NCBI GenBank assembly: GCA_040326155.1
Contig: JBEQLE010000018.1
Location: 41,826-61,066 of the forward strand
Source of the DNA: Leptospirales bacterium
Lineage (GTDB): Bacteria; Spirochaetota; Leptospiria; Turneriellales; JAOUFE01
Length of the DNA: 19,241 nt
Direction of reading: 5' to 3'
Positions 1 through 8,328 of the stretch are shown here, in pieces; the first letter of the stretch is position 1, and every line of letters starts with the position of its first letter. Below the pieces are notes generated by a model. The model was not told the origin of the DNA. It saw nothing but the letters and a program-made list of their open reading frames with translations, and searched no databases. A program made the position numbers and the translations under genes.

Positions 1-910
1 CATGCGCATACACAGTTAAATAACCGTCTTTATGCTTTAAAATAATCATGTTGCCATAAGAACCGCCATCACCGGCAAAGATCACCACTCCATCTGCAGC
101 TGCGTAAAAGGGAACACCTGTTTTTGCCCCAATGTCGATACCTGAATGAAAATGACGTTTTCCTGAAATCGGGTGAATTCGCCTTCCATACCCACTGGTG
201 TACCGACCTCGAAGAGGCCATCGAAAACGATTTTTTACCACGTAACGAGTTTCGGCAAGCGGTTTAGCGCCGGGTAAAAAGAGATATTCCCCGGTGTTAA
301 TATTCGAACCGCTTAATTTATTAGCTTCGCGTATAAGTGGAACCTGAAGTTTATATTTTTTGGCTAACCCTGAAAGAGTGTCGCCTTTTTTAATTTTAAT
401 ACGAACGCCAGTAGCGCTGGCAATAATGAGTTTATCACCTGGTTGAATTACTTTATTTGCCTTGGTTTTGTTTAACGAGACAATGGTATAAACTGGAATA
501 TTATATTGATTTGCAATTCGCCATAATGACTCCCCTTTAGCAACGACATGGGTAATATAACGAATAGATTTATCGGCAGGCTCTTTTACCTCATTCTTTT
601 GAATCGCTTCTTTGAGGTTATCTTTAGAAATTGCATTGGAATTTTCTGTAATAAGACGTTGCTCTTCTTCGCGTTGCCCAGGATTGTTTTCTATATTTTT
701 AAAGTAATTATCAATAACCTTGTCAATGTCTTCGCTGTAAACGACAATGTCTCCTGTTGCCCCAGAAGATCGAATTTGTTCGGAAACCGGCAGGGAACTT
801 TGCGGTGGAGCTGTATAGGCGTAACTGATTTCACCGCTAAACAAAATAATAATTATACTGAAAAAACATGTACCGGCAAAAAACATTAAAATCTTATCAA
901 AGAGTCTCAT
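1..910 (-). CDS. LysM-LysM-M23 family metallo-endopeptidase (peptidoglycan hydrolase), 3' end truncated by window edge
   Basis: Hand translation from ATG at 910 is open to base 1. It gives MRLFDKILMFFAGTCFFSIIIILFSG (hydrophobic anchor/signal), LysM1 HVVAKGESLWRIANQYNIPVYTIVSLN...IQPGDKLII, LysM2 IKIKKGDTLSGLAKKYKLQVPLIREANKL...INTGEYLFLP, then an M23 domain FRWPLRGRYTSGYGRRIHPISGKRHFHSGIDIGA (HxxxD) ... YGNMIILKHKDGYLTVYAH. Not in the ORF track because no stop lies in the window. Confidence 0.95.
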   Translation of the reverse strand, partial: MRLFDKILMFFAGTCFFSIIIILFSGEISYAYTAPPQSSLPVSEQIRSSGATGDIVVYSEDIDKVIDNYFKNIENNPGQREEEQRLITENSNAISKDNLKEAIQKNEVKEPADKSIRYITHVVAKGESLWRIANQYNIPVYTIVSLNKTKANKVIQPGDKLIIASATGVRIKIKKGDTLSGLAKKYKLQVPLIREANKLSGSNINTGEYLFLPGAKPLAETRYVVKNRFRWPLRGRYTSGYGRRIHPISGKRHFHSGIDIGAKTGVPFYAAADGVVIFAGDGGSYGNMIILKHKDGYLTVYAH

Positions 911-968
911 AACTAGTCTCTTATCGGTTGAAACTACGTTTTTCGCAACTCAATTTTTAAGATTTACT

Positions 969-1811
969 CTATTCAGATGCGGTAATAAAATAAAACTTTT
1001 CGATTTTTTCGATTCTTTGACGGGCTTGCAAGTAATACCGACTCTCCGGGGGAATTTTTTTATACGCCCTTAACGCTTTGTACAAATCTCGGTGTTCTTT
1101 AGATTTTTCAAGAATAAAACCGAGATAAAACCAGGCACGATCAATTTCGGTATATTCCAAATCGGGGTTACCTTTCGCATATTTAAGATATTGTAAAAGG
1201 TAAGACAAGGCTCGTTCATACTTCTTTCCATTTAACAATAAAGAAACAAGCTGCATGGTGGCTCGAATGGACCATTCTGAATCTGGATATATTGCAATCA
1301 ACTTTTCTCTCATTTCCAATGATTGTTCATAAATATCTTTTTTTTCCGGGTGAGTATCTGTATAGCCATGCCAACCATCGGCAGTAAAATACATCGCTTT
1401 CGCCTTAGTCACATCATCGAGCACTTCGATCTCATCTACCATATCTGTATGGCCCTGCAACGCTCTTACATAATACGCTAAAATAGTAGCTTCCCAGTAA
1501 ATATCTTCATCGCCCTCTTCCATAGCCAGGTTCAAAAACTTTACAGCGGCAATAAAATCGTTTCTATGAATGGAATCTATAGCAATTTCAAGAAATTTCT
1601 TTCCAGGGTCAGGTTGCATGTCATCTGCTTCAAAATCAGCCGGGTAGCCGGAAAAATCAGTTTTCGTATCGTCATTTTCATTATCCGTACTTTCTATAGC
1701 AAAATCGTCGTTATTTAAAGTGGGATAATCTGATGAACCCTGTGCGGACAATACCAACATCGGGAAGATAAACAGAGAAAGGGTAACAAAGGACTTTAAT
1801 CTTTTATTCAT
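969..1811 (-). CDS. Exported TPR-like helical-repeat protein with acidic N-terminal linker
   Basis: N-terminal signal-like sequence MNKRLKSFVTLSLFIFPMLVLSAQG, a D/E-rich linker, and TPR-like helices (YPDSEWSIRATMQLVSLLLNGKKYERALSYL; RAWFYLGFILEK...ALRAYKKI..ESRYYLQARQRI). Overlaps the upstream gene stop by 8 bp (ATGAATAA). Confidence 0.8.
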   Translation of the reverse strand: MNKRLKSFVTLSLFIFPMLVLSAQGSSDYPTLNNDDFAIESTDNENDDTKTDFSGYPADFEADDMQPDPGKKFLEIAIDSIHRNDFIAAVKFLNLAMEEGDEDIYWEATILAYYVRALQGHTDMVDEIEVLDDVTKAKAMYFTADGWHGYTDTHPEKKDIYEQSLEMREKLIAIYPDSEWSIRATMQLVSLLLNGKKYERALSYLLQYLKYAKGNPDLEYTEIDRAWFYLGFILEKSKEHRDLYKALRAYKKIPPESRYYLQARQRIEKIEKFYFITASE

Positions 1812-2466
1812 CGGTATTCAGGAATTTCGAATCATTTCCTGCTCCCTTTTTATCGTCTGGTGATTTCATTGGTTTATCGGGTTGTTTTTCTGTAGTGTTT
1901 GTTGTTGTTGGAATATTTTCAGGAGTTCTCTCTATTGGAATATCACCCTTTTCTGTGGGCTCTCCAGCCATTTCGGTTTCAGGAGTGGGTATTTCGCTAT
2001 CTTCCCTTTTACCCGATTCTGTTTGTGGCAATTCTGGAAGCGCATCATTATTCGTGTTCTGAAATTTGGTATCATCTGTATTTCTATAAGGGTCTTCACC
2101 TAGCTCAAACCCTTCCGGGCGAGTGACAAACCCTTGTTTTTGCTGCTCTCTTATATAATCGGGTACCCGTTCGCCCTCAATATCCGATGACATTTCTTTG
2201 CTGTCAAAATCGAGAGGAAGAATTTCAAGCTCGTTTCGCTGCATATTCTCCTCAATAATTTGTTCTTTGTAAAACATATCAGAAACATCCTCAAAAAGTT
2301 GTTTCCCGCCAGGTTTCGCCGCAGCAGCGCCCATTTTAATACCATACGCGATAGCTACCACGCCAGCAACAGCGGCGAGCATAATGAAAGCCTTCTGGAT
2401 TATGTCTCGAATATGAACCGGGATTTTATCGATATACTTATCTATGAATTGCAAAACTTTGTTCAT
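1804..2466 (-). CDS. Hypothetical single-pass membrane protein with acidic, low-complexity C-terminal region (220 aa)
   Basis: Start reassigned from 2616 to ATG 2466 (MNKVLQF...). It has an SD-like AAGGGG upstream and avoids overlap with bshB1. One TM segment, AFIMLAAVAGVVAIAYGI, followed by an E/D/P/T/K-rich tail. Confidence 0.75.
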   Translation of the reverse strand: MNKVLQFIDKYIDKIPVHIRDIIQKAFIMLAAVAGVVAIAYGIKMGAAAAKPGGKQLFEDVSDMFYKEQIIEENMQRNELEILPLDFDSKEMSSDIEGERVPDYIREQQKQGFVTRPEGFELGEDPYRNTDDTKFQNTNNDALPELPQTESGKREDSEIPTPETEMAGEPTEKGDIPIERTPENIPTTTNTTEKQPDKPMKSPDDKKGAGNDSKFLNTDE

Positions 2467-2504
2467 TTTTCTAATTATCGCCCCTTTTTCGAGTGGCCTT
2501 ATTA

Positions 2505-2533
2505 AAAATACGCAAGTATCATAAAAAGTGCAA
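2505..2533 (-). promoter_or_regulatory. Putative sigma70 promoter for the membrane protein-TPR unit
   Basis: Minus strand TTGCAC (2533-2528), 17 nt spacer, TATTTT (2510-2505). Back-to-back with TTGACT at 2541 on the plus strand. Confidence 0.5.
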
Positions 2534-2540
2534 AAAAAGC

Positions 2541-2570
2541 TTGACTTCGGCCAATCCTGAGAAGCCATTT
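2541..2570 (+). promoter_or_regulatory. Putative sigma70 promoter for bshB1 (divergent; possibly leaderless)
   Basis: TTGACT at 2541-2546, 34 nt upstream of ATG 2575. The -10 is poor (GCCATT/CCATTT) and there is no SD. Confidence 0.35.
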
Positions 2571-2574
2571 TCTT

Positions 2575-3303
2575 ATGAATAAAATGGCTAAAAAGGTGAT
2601 GGCAATAGGAGCTCATCCCGATGATGTTGAATTTGCCATGGGTGGTACCATTACATCTATGATCGAGAATGGTTATGAGGTTATGATTCTTGATTTAACA
2701 AACGGAGAGCCAACACCGCATGGTAGCCCTGAAATAAGAGCCAAAGAGAGTAAAAAGGCCGCCCACCTGCTTGGTGTAACCAGAAAAACTTTAGAGTTTG
2801 AAAACCGTTTCTTATTCGACAATATCGACGTTCGAAAAGCCGTAGCCGGTGAAATACGTGAATTTCGCCCCGACATGCTATTTGTCCATTATCCAGATGA
2901 CGCCCACCCTGACCATTGGGCCGCTTCCATTCTATCGATGGCTTCTAGATTTTACGGTAAATTAAGTAAAGTCGACATTAAAGGGGAACGGTTTTTTGCG
3001 CCTCGCATATTTTATTTTTTTTCTGTCCATTTGCGCATAGCGCCGGTACCCGATTTTTGTCTCGATATTTCACAAACCTTCGACAAAAAGTTAAAAGCGG
3101 TACTGTCTTATGAATCACAATTTCACAACCTGCAAAATAAATATAAAACGGATAAGGAAGATAGCTCTAAAGAACAAGTTCTATCTAATTTTTTGAAAAC
3201 CCAGAATGCGTATTGGGGAAGTAAAATTGGCGTCGCTTACGCTGAACCTTTTTATTCGCCTGAAGTACTTGGTTTTCATAACTTAGATAATCTAGTCTTA
3301 TAA
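2575..3303 (+). CDS. bshB1: PIG-L family N-acetylglucosaminyl deacetylase, bacillithiol BshB1-like
   Basis: GAHPDDVE metal motif, DLTNGEPTPHGSPEIRAKE, DAHPDH, DISQTFDKKLKAVLSYESQF and GSKIGVAYAEPF, all typical of BshB1/LmbE deacetylases. Confidence 0.85.
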   Translation: MNKMAKKVMAIGAHPDDVEFAMGGTITSMIENGYEVMILDLTNGEPTPHGSPEIRAKESKKAAHLLGVTRKTLEFENRFLFDNIDVRKAVAGEIREFRPDMLFVHYPDDAHPDHWAASILSMASRFYGKLSKVDIKGERFFAPRIFYFFSVHLRIAPVPDFCLDISQTFDKKLKAVLSYESQFHNLQNKYKTDKEDSSKEQVLSNFLKTQNAYWGSKIGVAYAEPFYSPEVLGFHNLDNLVL

Positions 3304-3308
3304 AACGT

Positions 3309-4649
3309 ATGAGCCAAAAAGAGGATCTAACCGGGCCTAATCGTGAGATTTCTCAGATAAAATACCCAAAAAACATCCAGTCGATACGCACTGTTTTGCA
3401 GGGGCAGTTTACAAAAAAAATTCAAGCGAAACGTGGTTCACCCGTAATCGTTTCGGGGCACCAGGTCGGCGTTTTTCATCCTGGTATATTGGCTAAAGAG
3501 GTTTTGGCTGGCAAACTGGCCAAAGAGCAAAACGGCATAGCCATCACTCTTGTTCTTGATCACGACCCTACTCATGTCTATTTTAACTACCCTGACTGGA
3601 ATTTAAAAATGGACCACCACCGTTTGGTTAAAAAAGATTGTCATCTGGGCGATATTTTTTTAAAGAAAAAAGGTCTTGCCCGAATTCATTCGGAGCGGTG
3701 GCAATCTCATTTAATAGAATTGTCTAAAAACTGTGAACACTATTTGAACCGGGAAACAACGGAAAATGCCAGGCAAAGCATAGAGACCTTGCTGGATAAT
3801 CGAAACAAATACGATAATTTAATCGATTATCTGGTTTTCAGTCGTATGCAAGACCTTCAAAAAGAGAAGATAGAAATTTTCCCCGTTCGCACGAGTGACC
3901 TGATCGCAACCCCGGAGTGGAAAAACTTTGCCAATGATATTTATGAAAATGGTTCTCGCTTTCGTGAAATATACAATCGAGCTCTTTCTATGTATCGTAC
4001 AGAGCATGGAATTATTAATCATGCTCAACCAGTCCCCGATTTACATGAAGAAGAACTACCCTTTTGGATCTATACGAACCCTGAACTAGAAAGTCGTGAA
4101 AAAGCGTACAAAAATAATTTTGACGCTCAAAAGGCTCTGCCAAGAGCTATTACTTTAAGTTTATTTGTTCGCTTATACCTCTCGGATATTTTTATTCACG
4201 GAACAGGAGGGGCAAGGTATGATGTAGTCACGAATCAAATAATGCATGAATATTTTAATGTTTCGATTAGTCCATATATGGTGGAAACCAGAACTCTGCA
4301 AATTCCTCTTCTTAAAGATTCCACTTTGAATGAAATAAAAATGCTACCAACACTTTCAAATTGGACAACAGAGTATCGCCGTTTTCAATTTCACCCGGAA
4401 CGCAGCCTAAACAAAAATCACCCTTATAGACAAAAAAGAGCAGAATTGATAAAAGAGTTTAAAGTGCAAAAGGGAGCCAAGAAGAAGATACACGATGAAC
4501 TTGAGAAAAATCGAAAAACCATTCTGAATGATTTAAAACACGAAAATGAAACAAGGTTGGCGACAAGATCAAAAATTCTAGAATACGAAAAAGATCGCGA
4601 AGCTCTATATAATCGTACTTTTCCCTATTTTTTTTATGACTGGCGATAA
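3309..4649 (+). CDS. Divergent BshC-like protein (putative cysteine/amino-acid ligase, Rossmann/HUP fold)
   Basis: Starts 5 nt after bshB1. Motifs in BshC-like order: VIVSGHQVGVFHPGILAK (cf. TGQQxGxxxGP...K), LVLDHD (cf. EDHD), IFIHGTGGARYD (cf. FxxGPGExxY), then a basic helical/coiled-coil region and terminal NRTFPYFFY. The CDS is certain; the function is inferred. Confidence 0.6.
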   Translation: MSQKEDLTGPNREISQIKYPKNIQSIRTVLQGQFTKKIQAKRGSPVIVSGHQVGVFHPGILAKEVLAGKLAKEQNGIAITLVLDHDPTHVYFNYPDWNLKMDHHRLVKKDCHLGDIFLKKKGLARIHSERWQSHLIELSKNCEHYLNRETTENARQSIETLLDNRNKYDNLIDYLVFSRMQDLQKEKIEIFPVRTSDLIATPEWKNFANDIYENGSRFREIYNRALSMYRTEHGIINHAQPVPDLHEEELPFWIYTNPELESREKAYKNNFDAQKALPRAITLSLFVRLYLSDIFIHGTGGARYDVVTNQIMHEYFNVSISPYMVETRTLQIPLLKDSTLNEIKMLPTLSNWTTEYRRFQFHPERSLNKNHPYRQKRAELIKEFKVQKGAKKKIHDELEKNRKTILNDLKHENETRLATRSKILEYEKDREALYNRTFPYFFYDWR

Positions 4650-4746
4650 GATCACCTGCACTTTTCCTTTAAAGTCAGGGGAACTTTTAATTCTAACAAT
4701 GTTTATTCGTTTACAAACTGCTATTTAATATGTTTTTGATCGAATA

Positions 4747-5835
4747 GTGAAAAACCAATTATCAGTAAAGTTAGAGTCCAACTCATACACTATCCAATGG
4801 GATCCCGATTTTGACGCTCTGGCTGAGTGGGTTCTACGTAATAAAAACAAACAAAAGAATGGTCTAATTACGAATGAACTGGTTTATAGTTTATATAAAG
4901 ATAAAATAGCAAAACTTTTTCCAGATTTCGAGATTTTCACCATCCCTGATGGCGAAGCGCAAAAAAATATTCATACTGTAGAATCTTTGGCGCAACGTTT
5001 GCTTGAGTGCGGTTTTACCCGAAATTCTTGTTTATGGGCTTTGGGCGGCGGTGTAATTGGCGACATTACAGGTTTTTTAGCCTCTATATATATGCGCGGT
5101 ATCGATTATTTTCAAATACCAACTACTCTTTTATCTATGGTCGATAGTTCTGTTGGCGGTAAAACTGGTGTAAACTTACCCAAAGGTAAAAACATGATTG
5201 GGGCATTTTACCAGCCTCAAGGTGTATTTATAAATATAACTTTCTTAAACACACTCGAACAACAAGAGATTAAATGCGGTCTAAGTGAAATTATAAAAAG
5301 CGCCCTTATACTTGATAGTGAATTTTACGAATACATTGAAAATTCCTGTGAAAAAATTCTGGAAAAAGACCTGGATGTGTTTTCTCAGCTCTCTTATCGT
5401 TCTGTTGCCATAAAAGCCTTTGTGGTAGGGAAAGACGAAAAAGAACAAGGGCTTCGAGCCATCTTGAATCTAGGCCATACTCTTGCCCATGCGCTCGAAA
5501 GTCATTATGGTTATAAAGCTATAAAACATGGTGAAGCGGTTTCGGCCGGTATTCATTTTGCCACCCTTCTCTCTTCAAAAATAGAGGGCTTTTCGGACCA
5601 GAAAAGAGTAGAAAATCTTTTGGATGCTCTAAAATTAACTAGCCGGTTTTCCCAGCTGCCTGAAGAAAACCGTCCACAAATAGATACTTTAATACAATTC
5701 ATGAAAGGCGATAAGAAAAATATTGACAGTGATATTCGATTTGTTTTATTGAGGCAGATTGGAAATTGTAAATTACCTGAGAAAATCGCCGATAAAGAGA
5801 TATGGGAAATACTGGAAACATACCTAAAGAGCTAA
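4747..5835 (+). CDS. aroB: 3-dehydroquinate synthase
   Basis: GTG start. Motifs PDGEAQKN, ALGGGVIGDITGF, PTTLLSMVDSSVGGKTGVN, KNMIGAFYQP, LNLGHTLAHALE, HGEAV and DKK. Confidence 0.97.
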   Translation: MKNQLSVKLESNSYTIQWDPDFDALAEWVLRNKNKQKNGLITNELVYSLYKDKIAKLFPDFEIFTIPDGEAQKNIHTVESLAQRLLECGFTRNSCLWALGGGVIGDITGFLASIYMRGIDYFQIPTTLLSMVDSSVGGKTGVNLPKGKNMIGAFYQPQGVFINITFLNTLEQQEIKCGLSEIIKSALILDSEFYEYIENSCEKILEKDLDVFSQLSYRSVAIKAFVVGKDEKEQGLRAILNLGHTLAHALESHYGYKAIKHGEAVSAGIHFATLLSSKIEGFSDQKRVENLLDALKLTSRFSQLPEENRPQIDTLIQFMKGDKKNIDSDIRFVLLRQIGNCKLPEKIADKEIWEILETYLKS

Positions 5836-6257
5836 ATATAACCGTAATACACGGCCCGAACTTAAATATGCTGGGTCGACGCGAGAAATCGCATTACGGA
5901 GATTTCTCTTTGGCCGATCTTGAGAAATATCTAATAGACGATAATACAGAAGTCAACTTGACTTTTTTTCAAAGCAACTCTGAAGGTGAACTTGTTTCAT
6001 TTATTCAGAATTTGAAAAAGCAAGACGGCATAGTCATAAACGCAGGCGCTTATACACATACCAGTATCGCGATGCGAGACTCTTTTTTAAGCGTTCAAAT
6101 ACCATTTGTCGAAGTACATATTAGCAATGTTTATTCCAGAGAAGATTTTAGAAAAAAATCATACCTTGCAGATATTGCCGTAGGGGTAATTTCAGGGCTC
6201 GGCAAAGAAAGTTATAATTTGGCTATCAAATATTTTATATCTTGTAAGCGCCCATGA
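5802..6257 (+). CDS. aroQ: Type II 3-dehydroquinate dehydratase
   Basis: HGPNLNMLGRRE..HYG, QSNSEGEL, INAGAYTHTSIAMRD and EVHISNVYSREDFR. Overlaps aroB by 34 bp. Confidence 0.97.
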   Translation: MGNTGNIPKELNITVIHGPNLNMLGRREKSHYGDFSLADLEKYLIDDNTEVNLTFFQSNSEGELVSFIQNLKKQDGIVINAGAYTHTSIAMRDSFLSVQIPFVEVHISNVYSREDFRKKSYLADIAVGVISGLGKESYNLAIKYFISCKRP

Positions 6258-7540
6258 ACGACCTCGCCGTAAAAAATGAATTCGGTAAGTATATTCTCTC
6301 TGATTTGGGAGATAGAAAAGCATATATCTCAACGACAGAAAAACTTTCGAAATATTACATGGTGAAAGCGTTAAAACGCGACGCCGTGTTCATACAATCG
6401 AAATTAAAAACACTGCATGTTTTTCTGGAAAGTAACTTTAATAATTTAAACGACTTTTTAACTAAGCTTGATCTGCTCAGTGAATTTCTAGAAGAAAAAA
6501 ACAGTGCTGATTTTTCAAAATTTATGGGGAAATACTTTCTTTCTACGCTGGAAAAAGAGAAGGCAGCTATTTTAACAATTGAAGTTCCAAAAATCAGTTA
6601 CAAATTCGATAATCCCTATTATGCTCCCGGAAATGATATGCTGCTGCGCTTTGCGCAAGCTTTTCAAAAAGCTCCGCCCTTGTCCGCTCTACCCGAATCA
6701 TCATCTACAGATACCGACGCCGGTAAAGTTCCAGCACCAGTTAAAAAAATTATCGTAGTGACACCGGCAGACCCTATGGCGATGCCAGGAAAACATGTTC
6801 TCGAGCGTTTTACGACAGATTTTGCCTCGGCTGCAGTTCTTGATTTATCTAAAAAAGAAAAATCTGTGGAAACTTCAGTTACTAAACGGGTTGTAGAAAA
6901 GAAAACCAGCGTAGTGACTATCGATGCTTCCGATATGCCTGGTTTAATATTACTTAAAAAATTCGGTCCCCTGTTCCACGGTGCCCCGATTTTAAAAGAA
7001 GAAACAGAAGAAGATGCAAAAGTAACAATACCGTCTGCGGTACGCACCATTAGTTTTCAAATGTATGTAAATATTACAAACAAGATGACGCGCTTTTCTC
7101 GAAATAAAGATCAGAATGGTTACAAACAGTGGTACATTACTCTTTCAAAAGAACATAGAATTGCTCTTCAAATTAACAACTTAATTAATAAAGAAAAAGA
7201 CGGCCCGGTCCAATGGAATGCTTTTTTTCATAAAATTACTTATATGGAAAAAATAGATGTTATGCTTTTGGAACGAATTAAATTTGATATTGAATATTAC
7301 AAAATTCTACTTATAAAAATTAAAACTACCTTTCAAAAAGCCATTACTCAGGGCGAACCCATCGCTCAGGTCCAGGCTTTGTATGCTCCTCTCGTTAAAC
7401 TACTCGACCTGGCTTCTTCTTCGGAAGAAAAAGCAATTACGCTTCAAATGACGTTACTTCAATTATCGAACGCCAATGCGAAAGAATACTTAAAAACAGA
7501 ACTACTCAAACTAATAAGCGAATTTGATTCTCGTAGATAA
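6254..7540 (+). CDS. Hypothetical cytoplasmic protein (428 aa) with three central 20-aa repeats
   Basis: Long ORF with an ATGA overlap on the aroQ stop. No signal peptide or TM segment. Repeats xPGxxhLx(R/K)FxxxFxxAxxL at aa 124, 177 and 228. Confidence 0.85.
   Translation: MNDLAVKNEFGKYILSDLGDRKAYISTTEKLSKYYMVKALKRDAVFIQSKLKTLHVFLESNFNNLNDFLTKLDLLSEFLEEKNSADFSKFMGKYFLSTLEKEKAAILTIEVPKISYKFDNPYYAPGNDMLLRFAQAFQKAPPLSALPESSSTDTDAGKVPAPVKKIIVVTPADPMAMPGKHVLERFTTDFASAAVLDLSKKEKSVETSVTKRVVEKKTSVVTIDASDMPGLILLKKFGPLFHGAPILKEETEEDAKVTIPSAVRTISFQMYVNITNKMTRFSRNKDQNGYKQWYITLSKEHRIALQINNLINKEKDGPVQWNAFFHKITYMEKIDVMLLERIKFDIEYYKILLIKIKTTFQKAITQGEPIAQVQALYAPLVKLLDLASSSEEKAITLQMTLLQLSNANAKEYLKTELLKLISEFDSRR
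6623..6994 (+). repeat. Three protein-level repeats in the hypothetical gene (6623-6682, 6782-6841, 6935-6994)
   Basis: APGNDMLLRFAQAFQKAPPL / MPGKHVLERFTTDFASAAVL / MPGLILLKKFGPLFHGAPIL, with start-to-start spacing of 53 and 51 aa. Confidence 0.8.
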
Positions 7541-7541
7541 T

Positions 7542-8327
7542 TCAAGTTCCGGTAGAGTGGTATTTTCTCATCCCAAAACGAAATAATACGAATGCAATTG
7601 CAAACATACCTATACCAACCGGTAGACTCAAGTATTTTAGATAATCGCTAAAAATCATTGTTTTGTCTAAAAATATATGGGCCGGGTAGTAATTGATAAA
7701 TGCCAACGGAAAAATAAACGTCAATACAAAAGGGATTGGAAATTGATAAATATTTACCGGATAAATAATGAACTCTTTAGCACTATACACAAAAAAATGA
7801 ACCAGGGACTCCGTAGATACAGCCCAAAAAGCAAACGAGGCGACAGTTAATCGAATGGCAGCTAAAATCAGTGTTCCCCCCGCCCAGAGTCCGATTACTG
7901 TAATAACGGCGTTCAATGTAAGTTCTATATGCAGGGTCGATGCAGAATACATAAAGAATAAAACACCTAATATAAGATGGGCAATGGCAGCCGGATCAAA
8001 TTTCATACTCAGCAATGCGCCCAACGGACTAACCGGACGAATCAAAAGATAATCCCAGCTACCCGTTTTAATAACTTCGTCAAATCTGACCAATGGGCCA
8101 AACAACAAAGTGTTCATTCCCTGCGCCATTAATATAAATGAATATAAAAATGCCAGCTCGTAGATGTCCCACCCGTTTATTTCATTAAATGCATTTACAG
8201 TAAAACCAACTATAGAAAATTGTGTAATATAATACAGCACCATGGTTAACAGCGAAATAAAAAATGACCCTCGGTATTCTAACCGCGTCAAAATTGATTT
8301 CTGTATCATTGCTGCGTAAGCACGCAT
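7542..8327 (-). CDS. ABC-2 type transporter permease (ABC2_membrane_6/DUF990-like)
   Basis: About six hydrophobic segments. Family-like motifs LEYRGSF, INGWDIYE, IKTGSWDYLLIRPVSP, YPVNIY, FIFPLAFINYYPA, and a C-terminal GMRKYHSTGT. Confidence 0.9.
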   Translation of the reverse strand: MRAYAAMIQKSILTRLEYRGSFFISLLTMVLYYITQFSIVGFTVNAFNEINGWDIYELAFLYSFILMAQGMNTLLFGPLVRFDEVIKTGSWDYLLIRPVSPLGALLSMKFDPAAIAHLILGVLFFMYSASTLHIELTLNAVITVIGLWAGGTLILAAIRLTVASFAFWAVSTESLVHFFVYSAKEFIIYPVNIYQFPIPFVLTFIFPLAFINYYPAHIFLDKTMIFSDYLKYLSLPVGIGMFAIAFVLFRFGMRKYHSTGT

Positions 8328-8328
8328 T

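Noticed and set aside
548..889. 113-aa plus-strand ORF in the track
   Set aside because: Antisense shadow of the LysM/M23 gene, with no recognisable motif.
2467..2616. 50-aa N-terminal extension of ORF 1804..2616
   Set aside because: It overlaps bshB1 and the divergent promoter region, and ATG 2466 has an SD and a promoter.
4655..4679. Imperfect hairpin CCTG(C)ACTTT-tccttt-AAAGTCAGG after the BshC-like gene
   Set aside because: It is bulged, AT-rich and not immediately followed by a U-tract, so it is too weak to call a terminator.
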